Positions 9,774 to 19,203 of a DNA stretch of 64,000 bases are shown here, in pieces. Every line of letters begins with the position of its first letter. The first letter of the stretch is position 1. The notes below the pieces were generated by a model, which ran no database searches, was not told the origin of the DNA, and saw only the letters and a program-made list of their open reading frames with translations. The stretch comes from a virus (taxonomy: Duplodnaviria > Caudoviricetes), in IMG/VR virus record IMGVR_UViG_3300025387_000015, positions 1 through 64,000 of that record. One strand, 5' to 3'. Made by a program: the position numbers and the translations under genes.

Positions 9774-10142
9774 ATGTCAGTAACATACACTTGGAAAGTA
9801 ACTGGTATCAAGACTACGTCAGTGGCAAACACTGCTGACGTCGTCGTCCAGACCTATTGGGAAAAAACTGGAACTGATGAGAATGGAAACTCTGGTACGT
9901 TCAATGGAGCGACCCCTTTCGCAGTTAACTCCAGTTTTGCTACTTCAAATAATTTTATTTCTTTTGACAAGCTAACAGAAAATACTGTTATCTCTTGGAT
10001 TCAAGCGGTAGTCGTTAATGAATATGAGAATCATGTTAATACGCGTATTCAAGAACTAATTAACGACGCTATTAATCCAGTCAAAGATACATCATTACCA
10101 TGGGCTAACGTGACATCTAATGTAGCAACCAGTAATACATAA
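9774..10142 (+). CDS. fibre-associated small protein, paralogue of 17581-17943
   Basis: MSVTYTWKVT...W.K.GTDE.G..G.F.G...F..LTE..V.SWI...PW pattern shared with the 17581 gene. Confidence 0.6.
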   Translation: MSVTYTWKVTGIKTTSVANTADVVVQTYWEKTGTDENGNSGTFNGATPFAVNSSFATSNNFISFDKLTENTVISWIQAVVVNEYENHVNTRIQELINDAINPVKDTSLPWANVTSNVATSNT

Positions 10143-10165
10143 GGTAACGCCATTGGGTATGTCAG

Positions 10166-12391
10166 ATGTCAGATAATTTTACATTCGTATCCAATGGCGT
10201 TCTATCCACTTATGTCTATGGTAACCAAGGTTCTTTCAATCAGGTAGCCAACGTGGCTGTAGCTGATGAAGTATATAATCTAAACGTATCTATCAACACG
10301 ACTTCAGTAAGCATCTCGAATCCTGATAATTCTATATCAATCACGTGCCCTAACACAGTTCAACAGTCTATTGGAACGTACTGGCTAAACTCAAACGGCG
10401 CGTGGTCAATAATAACACCAGCATCACTTGGTGTTCCAACAATAGCTCAACTTCAAGCAAATCTTGCAAGTCTCTCATCTTCAACATCAGCAAATATTAG
10501 TTCAGCAAACGCTGTAACAGCAAACCTAGCTTCATACACTGCAGCCAATAACGGGTTATTCGCAAACTCTTCCGGAACATTCGTAGTAGCAAATAATGGT
10601 GTTTCTGTTTCTTCTTCCGGAGTATCTGTCGTTGGTAACAGTGGAATAACAGTTGGTCCAGGCGGTGTATATGTTAATGCACAATATGGTTTATACGCTG
10701 TTCCCTCTGGATTATATGTAAAAGCAAACACTGGATTAACTGCAACAACTGATGGTTTATTCGTAAACAGTGCTTATTTAACAAGTTATATTGCTAATTC
10801 AACATCAAACAATTCTGTAAATCTTAATGGAATAATTGGTTCTGCGTATCAGTTAAATTCGACACTGGCCGCTAACGTAGCAACTATGACAGCCAATAGT
10901 GCTACTTATGTCAATGGAACAGCTGCCAGCAATTTCATAACAGCTTCACAGATCAGCGCAGCGTATCTACCTTTGGCTGGTGGGACTCTGACTGGCCCAC
11001 TTGTGTTTTATGAGACTGCCGGTGCAGCTTCTAATCAGTTCTGGTTAGGTAGAGGCGGTGTCACTGGCTCTGGCACATTCGCAATGTATGCACCATCTGG
11101 TTTTGGTTTGGAGTTTGGTATTGCTAATTCTGCCAAAATGTGGATGGATACCAATGGTGTTATGTATATTAACAATCAATTACAAACACCTAAAATCTAC
11201 GATTATGATAACACTGGTTATTATATTGATCCTGCATCAACATCAAATTTCAATGCTATAACTGCAGCGACTTTATATACAACAAATTATCTTTATATGG
11301 TGAATGGTATTAATGGTGGTGTCAACACAACAGGTGGTCCATTATTATATTCTGACAACACTAACTGGGTGTTAAAATCCGGAGGCGGAAATGGTTCTTG
11401 GTTAATACAGAATTATGCTGGAACTAATGTATCATCTTTTAATGCTTCTGGTCAGATGTATTTTAAAATATATTACGACAATGATAATACTGGATATTAT
11501 TGTGATCCTGCAAGTACTTCTCGCCTTGGAACAATGTGGGCAGACCAAATAAGATCACAAGATAACTGGTATCTGGACAGTCAAGGCAATCAAAGATTAT
11601 TAACACCTTATAATGATCATAATTATTACAGATCATGGAACTATCATGTATTTCGTAATTCAGCTGGAACTGATGTTCATTACATTGCTGGCGATGGCAA
11701 TGTATGGATGGGAACATATAAAGATTGGTTAAGCAGCCAGATTCGTTCTAATATATTTTATAGTCACAACAATAGTGGTTATTATACTAACCCTCAAAGT
11801 CAATCAAGAATGAGTAGTTGTAATTGGGATGTTAACGTTTGGAATTATTCATCTGATGGATGGAGAAGAATATATTATGCTAATGGCGATAGAACAATTT
11901 ATGAAGGTGGAACTACTGGTCAATGGGTTCATGAATTCAGAACACAAGATGATGCAGCTAGATGGCTTATGGCATATTCTGGTAATTTCTATGCTGGTGC
12001 AGATATAATATCTGCATGGTCTGATAGAAGAATGAAAAAGAATATTGAAAAGATTACAGATTGGAGAACAATTTTAGAAAATATTAATGGTTATAGATTC
12101 CAATGGAATGACATTGGTAAAAAAATAATGTCAACTGATAAAGACGAAATAGAAATAGGTCTAATTGCTCAAGAAGTTAAATCAGTATTACCTCAAGGTA
12201 CAGCAATTAATATGTTACAATATAAAGATGTGGGTATACCAAAAGATGGTATAGACTATGATCCTGAAAATCCATACTTATCAGTCAAAGAAGAAAAACT
12301 TATTCCAATTCTAGTTGAAGCTGTCAAAGCACAGATGTCGAAAATAGATGAACTAGAAGAAAAAATTAAAAATCTTGAAGCTCTAATATAA
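10166..12391 (+). CDS. long tail fibre protein with Peptidase_S74 chaperone
   Basis: Repeats of Y(D)xDNTGYYxDPASTS, then SAWSDRRMKKNI and EIGLIAQEVKSVLP, with a C-terminal coiled coil. Confidence 0.85.
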   Translation: MSDNFTFVSNGVLSTYVYGNQGSFNQVANVAVADEVYNLNVSINTTSVSISNPDNSISITCPNTVQQSIGTYWLNSNGAWSIITPASLGVPTIAQLQANLASLSSSTSANISSANAVTANLASYTAANNGLFANSSGTFVVANNGVSVSSSGVSVVGNSGITVGPGGVYVNAQYGLYAVPSGLYVKANTGLTATTDGLFVNSAYLTSYIANSTSNNSVNLNGIIGSAYQLNSTLAANVATMTANSATYVNGTAASNFITASQISAAYLPLAGGTLTGPLVFYETAGAASNQFWLGRGGVTGSGTFAMYAPSGFGLEFGIANSAKMWMDTNGVMYINNQLQTPKIYDYDNTGYYIDPASTSNFNAITAATLYTTNYLYMVNGINGGVNTTGGPLLYSDNTNWVLKSGGGNGSWLIQNYAGTNVSSFNASGQMYFKIYYDNDNTGYYCDPASTSRLGTMWADQIRSQDNWYLDSQGNQRLLTPYNDHNYYRSWNYHVFRNSAGTDVHYIAGDGNVWMGTYKDWLSSQIRSNIFYSHNNSGYYTNPQSQSRMSSCNWDVNVWNYSSDGWRRIYYANGDRTIYEGGTTGQWVHEFRTQDDAARWLMAYSGNFYAGADIISAWSDRRMKKNIEKITDWRTILENINGYRFQWNDIGKKIMSTDKDEIEIGLIAQEVKSVLPQGTAINMLQYKDVGIPKDGIDYDPENPYLSVKEEKLIPILVEAVKAQMSKIDELEEKIKNLEALI

Positions 12392-12394
12392 ATA
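12387..12394 (+). promoter_or_regulatory. T4-type late promoter TATAAATA upstream of the Cys-rich peptide/radical SAM cassette
   Basis: Exact consensus; AGGAG RBS at 12401-12405 and ATG at 12414. Confidence 0.7.
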
Positions 12395-12413
12395 GGGTAA
12401 AGGAGAAAAGAAA

Positions 12414-12611
12414 ATGGCTTACTATATAGGAGGAACAGCTGTAGTCGATACAACAACTTTAGAATATGTTTCTTATAATTATATTGGTGGAGATGGAGCT
12501 GGATTCAGATTAGTAACATGGCAAGTTGGAATTTATAAAAGCGGTCAAACAGTAGTTTGTGATTACGATAGTAATTGTAACTGTAATTGTAATTGTAATT
12601 GTGGCGGTTAA
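12414..12611 (+). CDS. 65-aa Cys-rich peptide ending CDYDS(NC)5GG, putative radical SAM substrate
   Basis: Strong RBS, its own late promoter, six C-terminal Cys residues, and two genes upstream of a SPASM radical SAM enzyme. Confidence 0.75.
   Translation: MAYYIGGTAVVDTTTLEYVSYNYIGGDGAGFRLVTWQVGIYKSGQTVVCDYDSNCNCNCNCNCGG
12573..12602 (+). repeat. hexanucleotide tandem repeat (AAYTGT)x5 encoding (Asn-Cys)5
   Basis: aattgt aactgt aattgt aattgt aattgt read directly from the sequence. Confidence 0.9.
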
Positions 12612-12612
12612 A

Positions 12613-13473
12613 ATGACTCCTATAAAATTATTAAATTATTTTGCTACGACATCATACAACCATCCTGAGTATATGGAAGTAACTCAGAAAGATGATAATA
12701 ATTTACAAGTTAATGCTAACATACTTCCTCCAAACAAACAACTCAGCTGGAATATAAATTTTGATGAACTTCTAAGATCAGAAGAATGTCAAAATGGAAT
12801 GGGTGTTTGGACTCTAACTGGTTTTGCCAGAAAAGATTTTCAAAACGTTGAAACTGTAATAACACCTCCATTACAGAATGAACTAAAAAGATATTATCAT
12901 GATAATTTTTTGGACTATGACGCTGCTTATCCTGGTCCAATTGAGAACAATCCTGTAATCAAAAACATAGGATATCTTTTCGTTTCAGAACAAGAGAAGA
13001 TATTATCTCTTGTTACTAATTATGTCTGTATAATAAAAACAAACATTAGATATAAAAGAATTGATCTTCATCTAGCCGAGTATCCATTTTTTCCTATAGA
13101 TGGCGCTAATAATGGTTATTTTATGACTGGTTCTATTACTGATAATACAGTGGCAAACCCATTGAATAAGCCAAGTCCATTTAAACTAAATTATAAAGGA
13201 CCAACTGAAGTATCTGGAAATAATTCTGTCAACTTAACCTTTGATGTTGAGTTTCAAAATTTAGACTTAAAACCATGGAGCTATGGTGATTATAACAAGT
13301 TATATGCAGTGACAGATAAAGGCACAGTTGATACTTCTTGTGTTATTACCAATAACTCAGGCTCATTATCTTTTAGCGCCGCAAACATGAATGTTGGTGA
13401 TACTGCTAATGTGAGAATTGGCGCTCATTGGTTCTACATATCAGAGGTATTTCAAATAACTAAAACTTCTTAA
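12613..13473 (+). CDS. hypothetical partner protein of the radical SAM cassette, with beta-rich (Ig-like?) C-terminus
   Basis: Start placed at the ATG at 12613, one base after the peptide stop; the ORF fills the gap to the rSAM gene and has no motif I recognise. Confidence 0.6.
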   Translation: MTPIKLLNYFATTSYNHPEYMEVTQKDDNNLQVNANILPPNKQLSWNINFDELLRSEECQNGMGVWTLTGFARKDFQNVETVITPPLQNELKRYYHDNFLDYDAAYPGPIENNPVIKNIGYLFVSEQEKILSLVTNYVCIIKTNIRYKRIDLHLAEYPFFPIDGANNGYFMTGSITDNTVANPLNKPSPFKLNYKGPTEVSGNNSVNLTFDVEFQNLDLKPWSYGDYNKLYAVTDKGTVDTSCVITNNSGSLSFSAANMNVGDTANVRIGAHWFYISEVFQITKTS

Positions 13474-13482
13474 GGATATAAC

Positions 13483-14766
13483 ATGTTTAAACTTGAGTTA
13501 CGAGATAGAGAAGGAAAAAATCATTATCTTTTTTATGATCCTCATAAGTCACTGATCACTGATGAAGATGGAAATGATATAGTTTCTAATATAAAAGAAA
13601 CTCAACAGTATAATACTGTTAAAGCAATATCTCCAGAAAATCATGGAAAGAAAAGTAAAAATATTAAAACACTAAAAATACAATTAGGATTGGCTTGTAA
13701 CTATTCTTGTTCTTATTGCAGTCAAAAAGAAGAAATTAAATTTGGATCTAAAACAAATATTAGAGATGCTGAAATATTCATGTCTAATTTGGATAAATGG
13801 TTAGTTGGTGAACCTAATAGAATTGAATTCTGGGGAGGTGAACCTTTATTATACTGGAAAAAGATAAAATTCCTTGTAGAGAAATTATCTGAAAAGTATC
13901 CTAAAACAGAGTTTCTTATTATATCAAATGGTAGTTTACTTACTGATGAAATAATCGAGTACATAGAAAAATATGATATTATATTTGTTATTTCTCATGA
14001 TGGCCCTGGACAACATGTTCGTGGACCAGATCCATTTGATGATGAAAATCAATTTAATATGATTAAAAAATTATATAATGTTAGAAAAAATAAAGATAAG
14101 ATGTGTTTTAATGCTATACTTTCTCCTGTTAATTACGACATAGAAAAAATTATTAGTTTCTTTAAAAATAAAATTGATGAAGATGTTAATGTTAACCTTG
14201 AAGGTGTTTTCATAAGTCATGAGGGTAACGATCAATATTTTACACAAGAACAATACAGTCAATTAACAAATAATGTTGCTCTTGCGTCTATGAAGCCAAG
14301 AAAAGAATTAATGGGTTGTTTTAATCATGCTATAAATGATTTTATAAAATCAATTGTCACAAAAAGGCCATCAGACTCTCTTGGTTTACATTGTGGAATG
14401 GACAGTGAAGATAAAATATCAGTTGATCTTCTTGGTAATGTAATGACATGTCAGAATACTGGTGCTTTGGGAAAACATAGAATAGGTAATATACAAGATT
14501 TTGATAATATCAAATTGAATACATCTTGGCATTGGAAATATAGAGATGAATGTTCTGAATGTCCTGTGTTACAAATCTGCCAAGGTTCTTGTATGTATAT
14601 GGAAGGAAAAAATTGGTATCATACTTGTAATAACTATTACCATTATAATATTGGTATTCTTGGGGGTGCATTATACCATATGACAGGTATGGTATTAACT
14701 GGAGTTTATGGCAAAATAAGAAGACCTAATCCAGAGCAATATGGAATTGAAGATACTAGCAAATAA
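13483..14766 (+). CDS. radical SAM enzyme with C-terminal SPASM domain (peptide/protein maturase type)
   Basis: CNYSCSYC (CxxxCxxC) and FWGGEPLL, then SPASM Cx13Gx4C followed by Cx2Cx5Cx3Cx11C (CSECPVLQICQGSC...C). Confidence 0.92.
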   Translation: MFKLELRDREGKNHYLFYDPHKSLITDEDGNDIVSNIKETQQYNTVKAISPENHGKKSKNIKTLKIQLGLACNYSCSYCSQKEEIKFGSKTNIRDAEIFMSNLDKWLVGEPNRIEFWGGEPLLYWKKIKFLVEKLSEKYPKTEFLIISNGSLLTDEIIEYIEKYDIIFVISHDGPGQHVRGPDPFDDENQFNMIKKLYNVRKNKDKMCFNAILSPVNYDIEKIISFFKNKIDEDVNVNLEGVFISHEGNDQYFTQEQYSQLTNNVALASMKPRKELMGCFNHAINDFIKSIVTKRPSDSLGLHCGMDSEDKISVDLLGNVMTCQNTGALGKHRIGNIQDFDNIKLNTSWHWKYRDECSECPVLQICQGSCMYMEGKNWYHTCNNYYHYNIGILGGALYHMTGMVLTGVYGKIRRPNPEQYGIEDTSK

Positions 14767-14773
14767 TAATTTG

Positions 14774-14781
14774 TATAAATA
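14774..14781 (+). promoter_or_regulatory. T4-type late promoter TATAAATA
   Basis: Exact consensus in the intergenic gap before the 14817 fibre gene. Confidence 0.7.
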
Positions 14782-14816
14782 AACCATAATAACAAGAACC
14801 AGGGGACAGGGAACCT

Positions 14817-17576
14817 ATGGCTGATAAAGATTTTAAGGTCAAGAATGGCCTAACTGTAAATAATAACCTAATTTGGGCAAACAACGGTCAAATTGGATTT
14901 AATACTAACTCTCCAGACGCTAACGTAACTATTGTTGGTAATGCCAACACCCAAGGAAATGTAGCAATTACTGGTACTCTTGGAGTAAGCAACACCATAT
15001 CTGTTACTGGGATCGCCACTTTTGGAAACTCAGTTTCTACCAATGGCAACATTTATACCAACGGCTCTATCTACGCTCAAGGTATTGCTAACGTCCAGTC
15101 TTCGATTTATGGTTTTGCCAACCTAGCAATTGTTGGAAATACTACTCTTGGTAACACTTTGAGCGTTGCTAATAATTCTTTATTCCTTGGCCCTGTTACT
15201 ATGAACGCCACAACAACAATGGCAAACAACAGTAACCACAATGGCCCAGCCAATTTTTCTAATACGATCACAGTTTTTGGTTATTCTAATTTAGTTTATA
15301 ACACTGCAGTTGGCGGAACATTTATATCTAATGGTGCTGCAACATTCTCCAATTCAATCGCAGTTACTGGTAATGCTACATTTTCTAATTCAGTAGCTGT
15401 TACTGGAAACGTCACTTTCTCTAATACTTTAGTTGTGACGGGTAATGTTATTTTTTCAAACACAATAAATGGAAGAAACGTTTACGAATTCCTTGTCGCA
15501 AACAACTCAACACCGTACAATATTACCGGACAATTTAAATTTTATAATTCTATAACAATTCTTGGTGCATTGATAGATGGCGGAGGTAATAGTGGTGGCG
15601 CAAATAATGTATTAATCTCTAATAATGGCACAGTATTCTGGGGTCCAATTGGTTCGGCTTCTGTTACTGCTCCTGCTGCCAATGGTTTACCTTCATATGC
15701 ATCAAACACACAAATTATTTTCAATGACAGAGGTGGATTAAGTTCTAACGTTAATATAACATATAATATGGATAATTATACATTTACTGCTCCAGTAATT
15801 GTTTGTTCTAATGGCACTTTATCATTAAATGCAACATCTAGCTACTTTTTTTCAAATGGATTAATTAGTTTTGGTATCAATAATCCTACTAATAAATTAC
15901 ACGTAGTAAGTTCATTAAACTCTGCCGATGGTATTATCGTAAGAAACACTAATACTGGTTCTTCTTCTCAATCATATATTTCGTTAGGAACTTCTGCTGC
16001 TTCTGGTTTTAATATCGGACAAAATTATTCTGATAAATCTGCTTATATAAATCTTGTTGATAATTCATATTTAAATATTAGCGCAAATAACAGTTCAAAA
16101 TTATATATCTCCGCGAACGGCAATGTTGGTGTTGGAACTACTTCTCCTGCTTATGGTTTAGATATATCTGGTATTATCAGAGGTACAAGTGAATTTATAA
16201 GCACATCATATGGCAATGGCGGTCAATTCCGTGCTATTTCTGGCAACTATGGTGTAATGTTTAGGAATGATGGTTCTAATTTTTATCTATTATCTACTGC
16301 TTCAGGAAGTCAATATGGTTCTTACAATTCTTTAAGACCTTTTAATTATAACCTTGGAACCGGTGCAGTAAGCATTGATGGAACTGGAGCAGGTACTACG
16401 TTTGGTGGTACAATTAGTTCTGGCGCTATTTCATCTTCAGGTGGGTTATCTGGAACTACTGGAACTTTTAGTTCTACAGTTTCTTCTACACCAGGTGGTT
16501 CTTTGGGTCTTAATATAAATGGTTCGAGCTGGATGATCGGACTGCAGCTCAACAGCGGTACAGTATCAAGAGCATATAATGATGGTACACCAAGATGGAA
16601 TTTTGAACACAGACCAGTATTTGCTGGCAATCTAGCTCTTGACGCAGGCAATTATAATAATTATGCCCCATCTAAAGATGGCACAGGCGCTTATGGTAAC
16701 TGGAATATTAATGCAGTTGGCCTTACTGGTTATACTATTAATCAGAATTTAGGTACAGGCAATTCACCAACATTTTCTGGTTTAACAACTGTTGGTGATA
16801 TTGTCACATACAGAAGCGGAGGAACTACTGGTTATCACTTTTTGAATAGTGCAACAACAAGATATATTGGATTCGATGGTAGCAATTACGTAATGCCTAG
16901 TTCTGATCTATATGTTAATGGTGGTCGTGTTCTTACTTCTAGTAATTATACTGGATACAATAGTTGGGGTGGAACGGGAATATATGCAGAAAGATTCTAT
17001 GATTATTATAGCAACGGATATTTTTTCATAGGTCGTAGTCAGTCAAGAATGAGTTCTGTTAATCTTGATGTTGGTGTTTGGAATTATTCATCAGAAGGTT
17101 GGGCTAGAATATTATTTAATAATTCAGCTAGTACTGTGTATCGTGGCGCTAGCACAAGTCAGTGGGTTCATGAATTCCAAACAAATGATGGTGACACTAA
17201 ATGGTTGATGGCTGCAGCTGGTGATTTTTATGCTAAAGGAAATGTTGTTGCATATTGGACATCAGATATAAAATTTAAAGAAAATATTAAACCATTATCA
17301 AATGCATTGAGTAAAATCAATAAAATAAATGGCGTGGAATTTGATTGGAAAGATGATTATCTGGATACTTTAGCAATAAAAGATCCATATTATATCAAAA
17401 AACATGATGTTGGTGTTATTGCACAAGAGATTGAAGAAGTATTACCACAGATAGTTTCAACTAAAGAAGATGGAACTAAGGCTGTAAGATATGAAAAGAT
17501 TGTTGCTCTATTGATTCAAGGAATAAAAGAACTTTCCGATGAGGTTAGTGAATTAAAGAAACAGGTTAAAGGATAA
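14817..17576 (+). CDS. long tail fibre protein with Peptidase_S74 chaperone
   Basis: Tandem (V/A)TGN(A/V)TFSNS repeats, GNVGVG, then YWTSDIKFKENI and DVGVIAQEIEEVLP. Confidence 0.85.
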   Translation: MADKDFKVKNGLTVNNNLIWANNGQIGFNTNSPDANVTIVGNANTQGNVAITGTLGVSNTISVTGIATFGNSVSTNGNIYTNGSIYAQGIANVQSSIYGFANLAIVGNTTLGNTLSVANNSLFLGPVTMNATTTMANNSNHNGPANFSNTITVFGYSNLVYNTAVGGTFISNGAATFSNSIAVTGNATFSNSVAVTGNVTFSNTLVVTGNVIFSNTINGRNVYEFLVANNSTPYNITGQFKFYNSITILGALIDGGGNSGGANNVLISNNGTVFWGPIGSASVTAPAANGLPSYASNTQIIFNDRGGLSSNVNITYNMDNYTFTAPVIVCSNGTLSLNATSSYFFSNGLISFGINNPTNKLHVVSSLNSADGIIVRNTNTGSSSQSYISLGTSAASGFNIGQNYSDKSAYINLVDNSYLNISANNSSKLYISANGNVGVGTTSPAYGLDISGIIRGTSEFISTSYGNGGQFRAISGNYGVMFRNDGSNFYLLSTASGSQYGSYNSLRPFNYNLGTGAVSIDGTGAGTTFGGTISSGAISSSGGLSGTTGTFSSTVSSTPGGSLGLNINGSSWMIGLQLNSGTVSRAYNDGTPRWNFEHRPVFAGNLALDAGNYNNYAPSKDGTGAYGNWNINAVGLTGYTINQNLGTGNSPTFSGLTTVGDIVTYRSGGTTGYHFLNSATTRYIGFDGSNYVMPSSDLYVNGGRVLTSSNYTGYNSWGGTGIYAERFYDYYSNGYFFIGRSQSRMSSVNLDVGVWNYSSEGWARILFNNSASTVYRGASTSQWVHEFQTNDGDTKWLMAAAGDFYAKGNVVAYWTSDIKFKENIKPLSNALSKINKINGVEFDWKDDYLDTLAIKDPYYIKKHDVGVIAQEIEEVLPQIVSTKEDGTKAVRYEKIVALLIQGIKELSDEVSELKKQVKG

Positions 17577-17580
17577 TAAA

Positions 17581-17943
17581 ATGGCAGTCACTTACACTTG
17601 GGAAATAACTCAATTACACGTTTCTGATCTTCCAAATAATCCAAATACGGTAGCCAGTATATCTTGGAGAAAAATTGGAACTAATGAAGATGGAGTTATT
17701 GGTATTTATGAAGGAGGAACTAAATTTGATTTAGATGCTGTCGCTATTACTCTTGGTACTAATTCTAATACTAAATTCGTTGATTTCTCAGATCTTAAAG
17801 AAAAAACAATATTGAGTTGGATAAAGAAAAATATAGATAAAAGATACGAAGATTATATAAACAATTCTATTGATCAAAAAATAAATGAAAACAAATATAA
17901 CAAAAAAATTGTTGATTTCCCTTGGAAGAAAAATAAGGATTAA
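17581..17943 (+). CDS. fibre-associated small protein, paralogue of 9774-10142
   Basis: MAVTYTWEIT...W.KIGT.EDG...G.TKF...F.DL.E..ILSWI...PW. Confidence 0.6.
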   Translation: MAVTYTWEITQLHVSDLPNNPNTVASISWRKIGTNEDGVIGIYEGGTKFDLDAVAITLGTNSNTKFVDFSDLKEKTILSWIKKNIDKRYEDYINNSIDQKINENKYNKKIVDFPWKKNKD

Positions 17944-17945
17944 AT

Positions 17946-18656
17946 ATGTCTTTACCTGGTTCTGGGCAAATATCTTTAGGTGATGTAAGATCCATCATCC
18001 AACCAGGAGGTGGTCAAATAGATATGAACAATGGTAATGGTAGATATATGGCCCATGGTAGTTTTGATTATAACACATGGATCAGTATGAGTGATTTTCG
18101 TAACAAACCAAGTTCCGGTGGAATTAGTTATACTACCGGTAATGGATATGCAGTAAATACTTGGTATTCTTTCATTTGTCCTGCTTATCAAACCTTCGCA
18201 GCTTCAGTTAATGGTGGTGGTGGCGGCGGTGGTGGCGGAGATAACCACAATGGACCATATGGCAACAATGGTGATCCAGGCGGCCCAGGAGCTCCTACAT
18301 ATTTTCAGTTTCCTGGTTTCGTAAGTCACGGTTATGGTGGAGCTGCCGGTGGTGGCAATGCTGGTTGTGGAAACGTTGCTGCCGGTGGTGGCGCTGATGC
18401 CACAGGTGGTTTTGGTTCATTTACTGGAGGTGGGGCAGCAAACGGTGGTAGATGTGGTAATCCTCAACAAGGCGGAGCTTGGGGAGGAACTGGAGGTTCT
18501 GGTGGGACAGCTTATTCTGTTTTTACTTTTAATTCCAGCCCATACTATCCAGGTTATTCGTCAACGGTTAGCGTATATATAGGTAATGGTGGCACTGCTG
18601 GCCCACAAAATGCTGGACCTGGTGGCGCTGGATATGTTAATGTATCTTGGTCTTAA
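17946..18656 (+). CDS. glycine-rich distal adhesin (gp38-like)
   Basis: N-terminal MSLPGSGQISLGDV...ISMSDF attachment-like segment, GGGGGGGG and repeated GGxGG loops, ending GYVNVSWS; sits downstream of an S74 fibre, as gp38 follows gp37 in T2/T6-type phages. Confidence 0.6.
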   Translation: MSLPGSGQISLGDVRSIIQPGGGQIDMNNGNGRYMAHGSFDYNTWISMSDFRNKPSSGGISYTTGNGYAVNTWYSFICPAYQTFAASVNGGGGGGGGGDNHNGPYGNNGDPGGPGAPTYFQFPGFVSHGYGGAAGGGNAGCGNVAAGGGADATGGFGSFTGGGAANGGRCGNPQQGGAWGGTGGSGGTAYSVFTFNSSPYYPGYSSTVSVYIGNGGTAGPQNAGPGGAGYVNVSWS

Positions 18657-18674
18657 TAAAAGGATTGTTTCATA

Positions 18675-19187
18675 ATGGATCTTTACATTCAATTAAAAGA
18701 TGGTGAACCTTTTGAACACCCAATTCCTGATTGGAATATGAAAATGTTTTTCCCAGATCTTGACCCTAGTAACCCACCAGAGGGGTTTGGGAGATTTGAA
18801 AGAGTTCCTTATCCAGAATTGACACCAACACAAATAGTTGATAAAATTAATTATGAATTAAGTAACTACTATACAGATCTTTATAAAACTAAAACTTGGA
18901 CAGACGTATATCATGTAAGAGATTTATCACAAGAAGAATTAGATAAAATAAACAATGATAGTATACCACCAAAACCAAATGATGGTAAAGATTATTACTA
19001 CGATGACAACCTAAAGAAATGGATTGATAGTTCACTGGCTATTGATGTGTTCAGACCTTTCTTCAAAAAATACAATATTGATTTTAAAACTTTTGATTTC
19101 GAAACATTAGATGGCCTAACTCCTGATCAGAAAAAAGAATTCGGTCAATTATTGTTACAACTAAACAAACAAGCTGCCATTTCTTAA
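18675..19187 (+). CDS. hypothetical protein, possibly a fibre/adhesin assembly factor
   Basis: Follows the adhesin; ends with PP.P.DGKDYYYDD...W, a pattern seen in fibre-associated small proteins. Confidence 0.45.
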   Translation: MDLYIQLKDGEPFEHPIPDWNMKMFFPDLDPSNPPEGFGRFERVPYPELTPTQIVDKINYELSNYYTDLYKTKTWTDVYHVRDLSQEELDKINNDSIPPKPNDGKDYYYDDNLKKWIDSSLAIDVFRPFFKKYNIDFKTFDFETLDGLTPDQKKEFGQLLLQLNKQAAIS

Positions 19188-19203
19188 AAATTAGGATTCA
19201 TTA

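Noticed and set aside
10159-10176. Tandem ATGTCAG-ATGTCAG giving a 5-codon upstream ORF before the fibre gene
   Set aside because: A single 7-bp duplication with no further support; could be chance or a slippage scar.
12559-12612. ORF-track N-terminus MITIVIVTVIVIVIVAVK as a signal or TM segment
   Set aside because: It is the alternative reading frame of the (AAYTGT)5 repeat; the ATG at 12613 is the more plausible start.
14801-14816. Purine-rich AGGGGACAGGGAACC leader before the 14817 fibre
   Set aside because: It looks distinctive, but only one copy is in the window and it may simply serve as the RBS.
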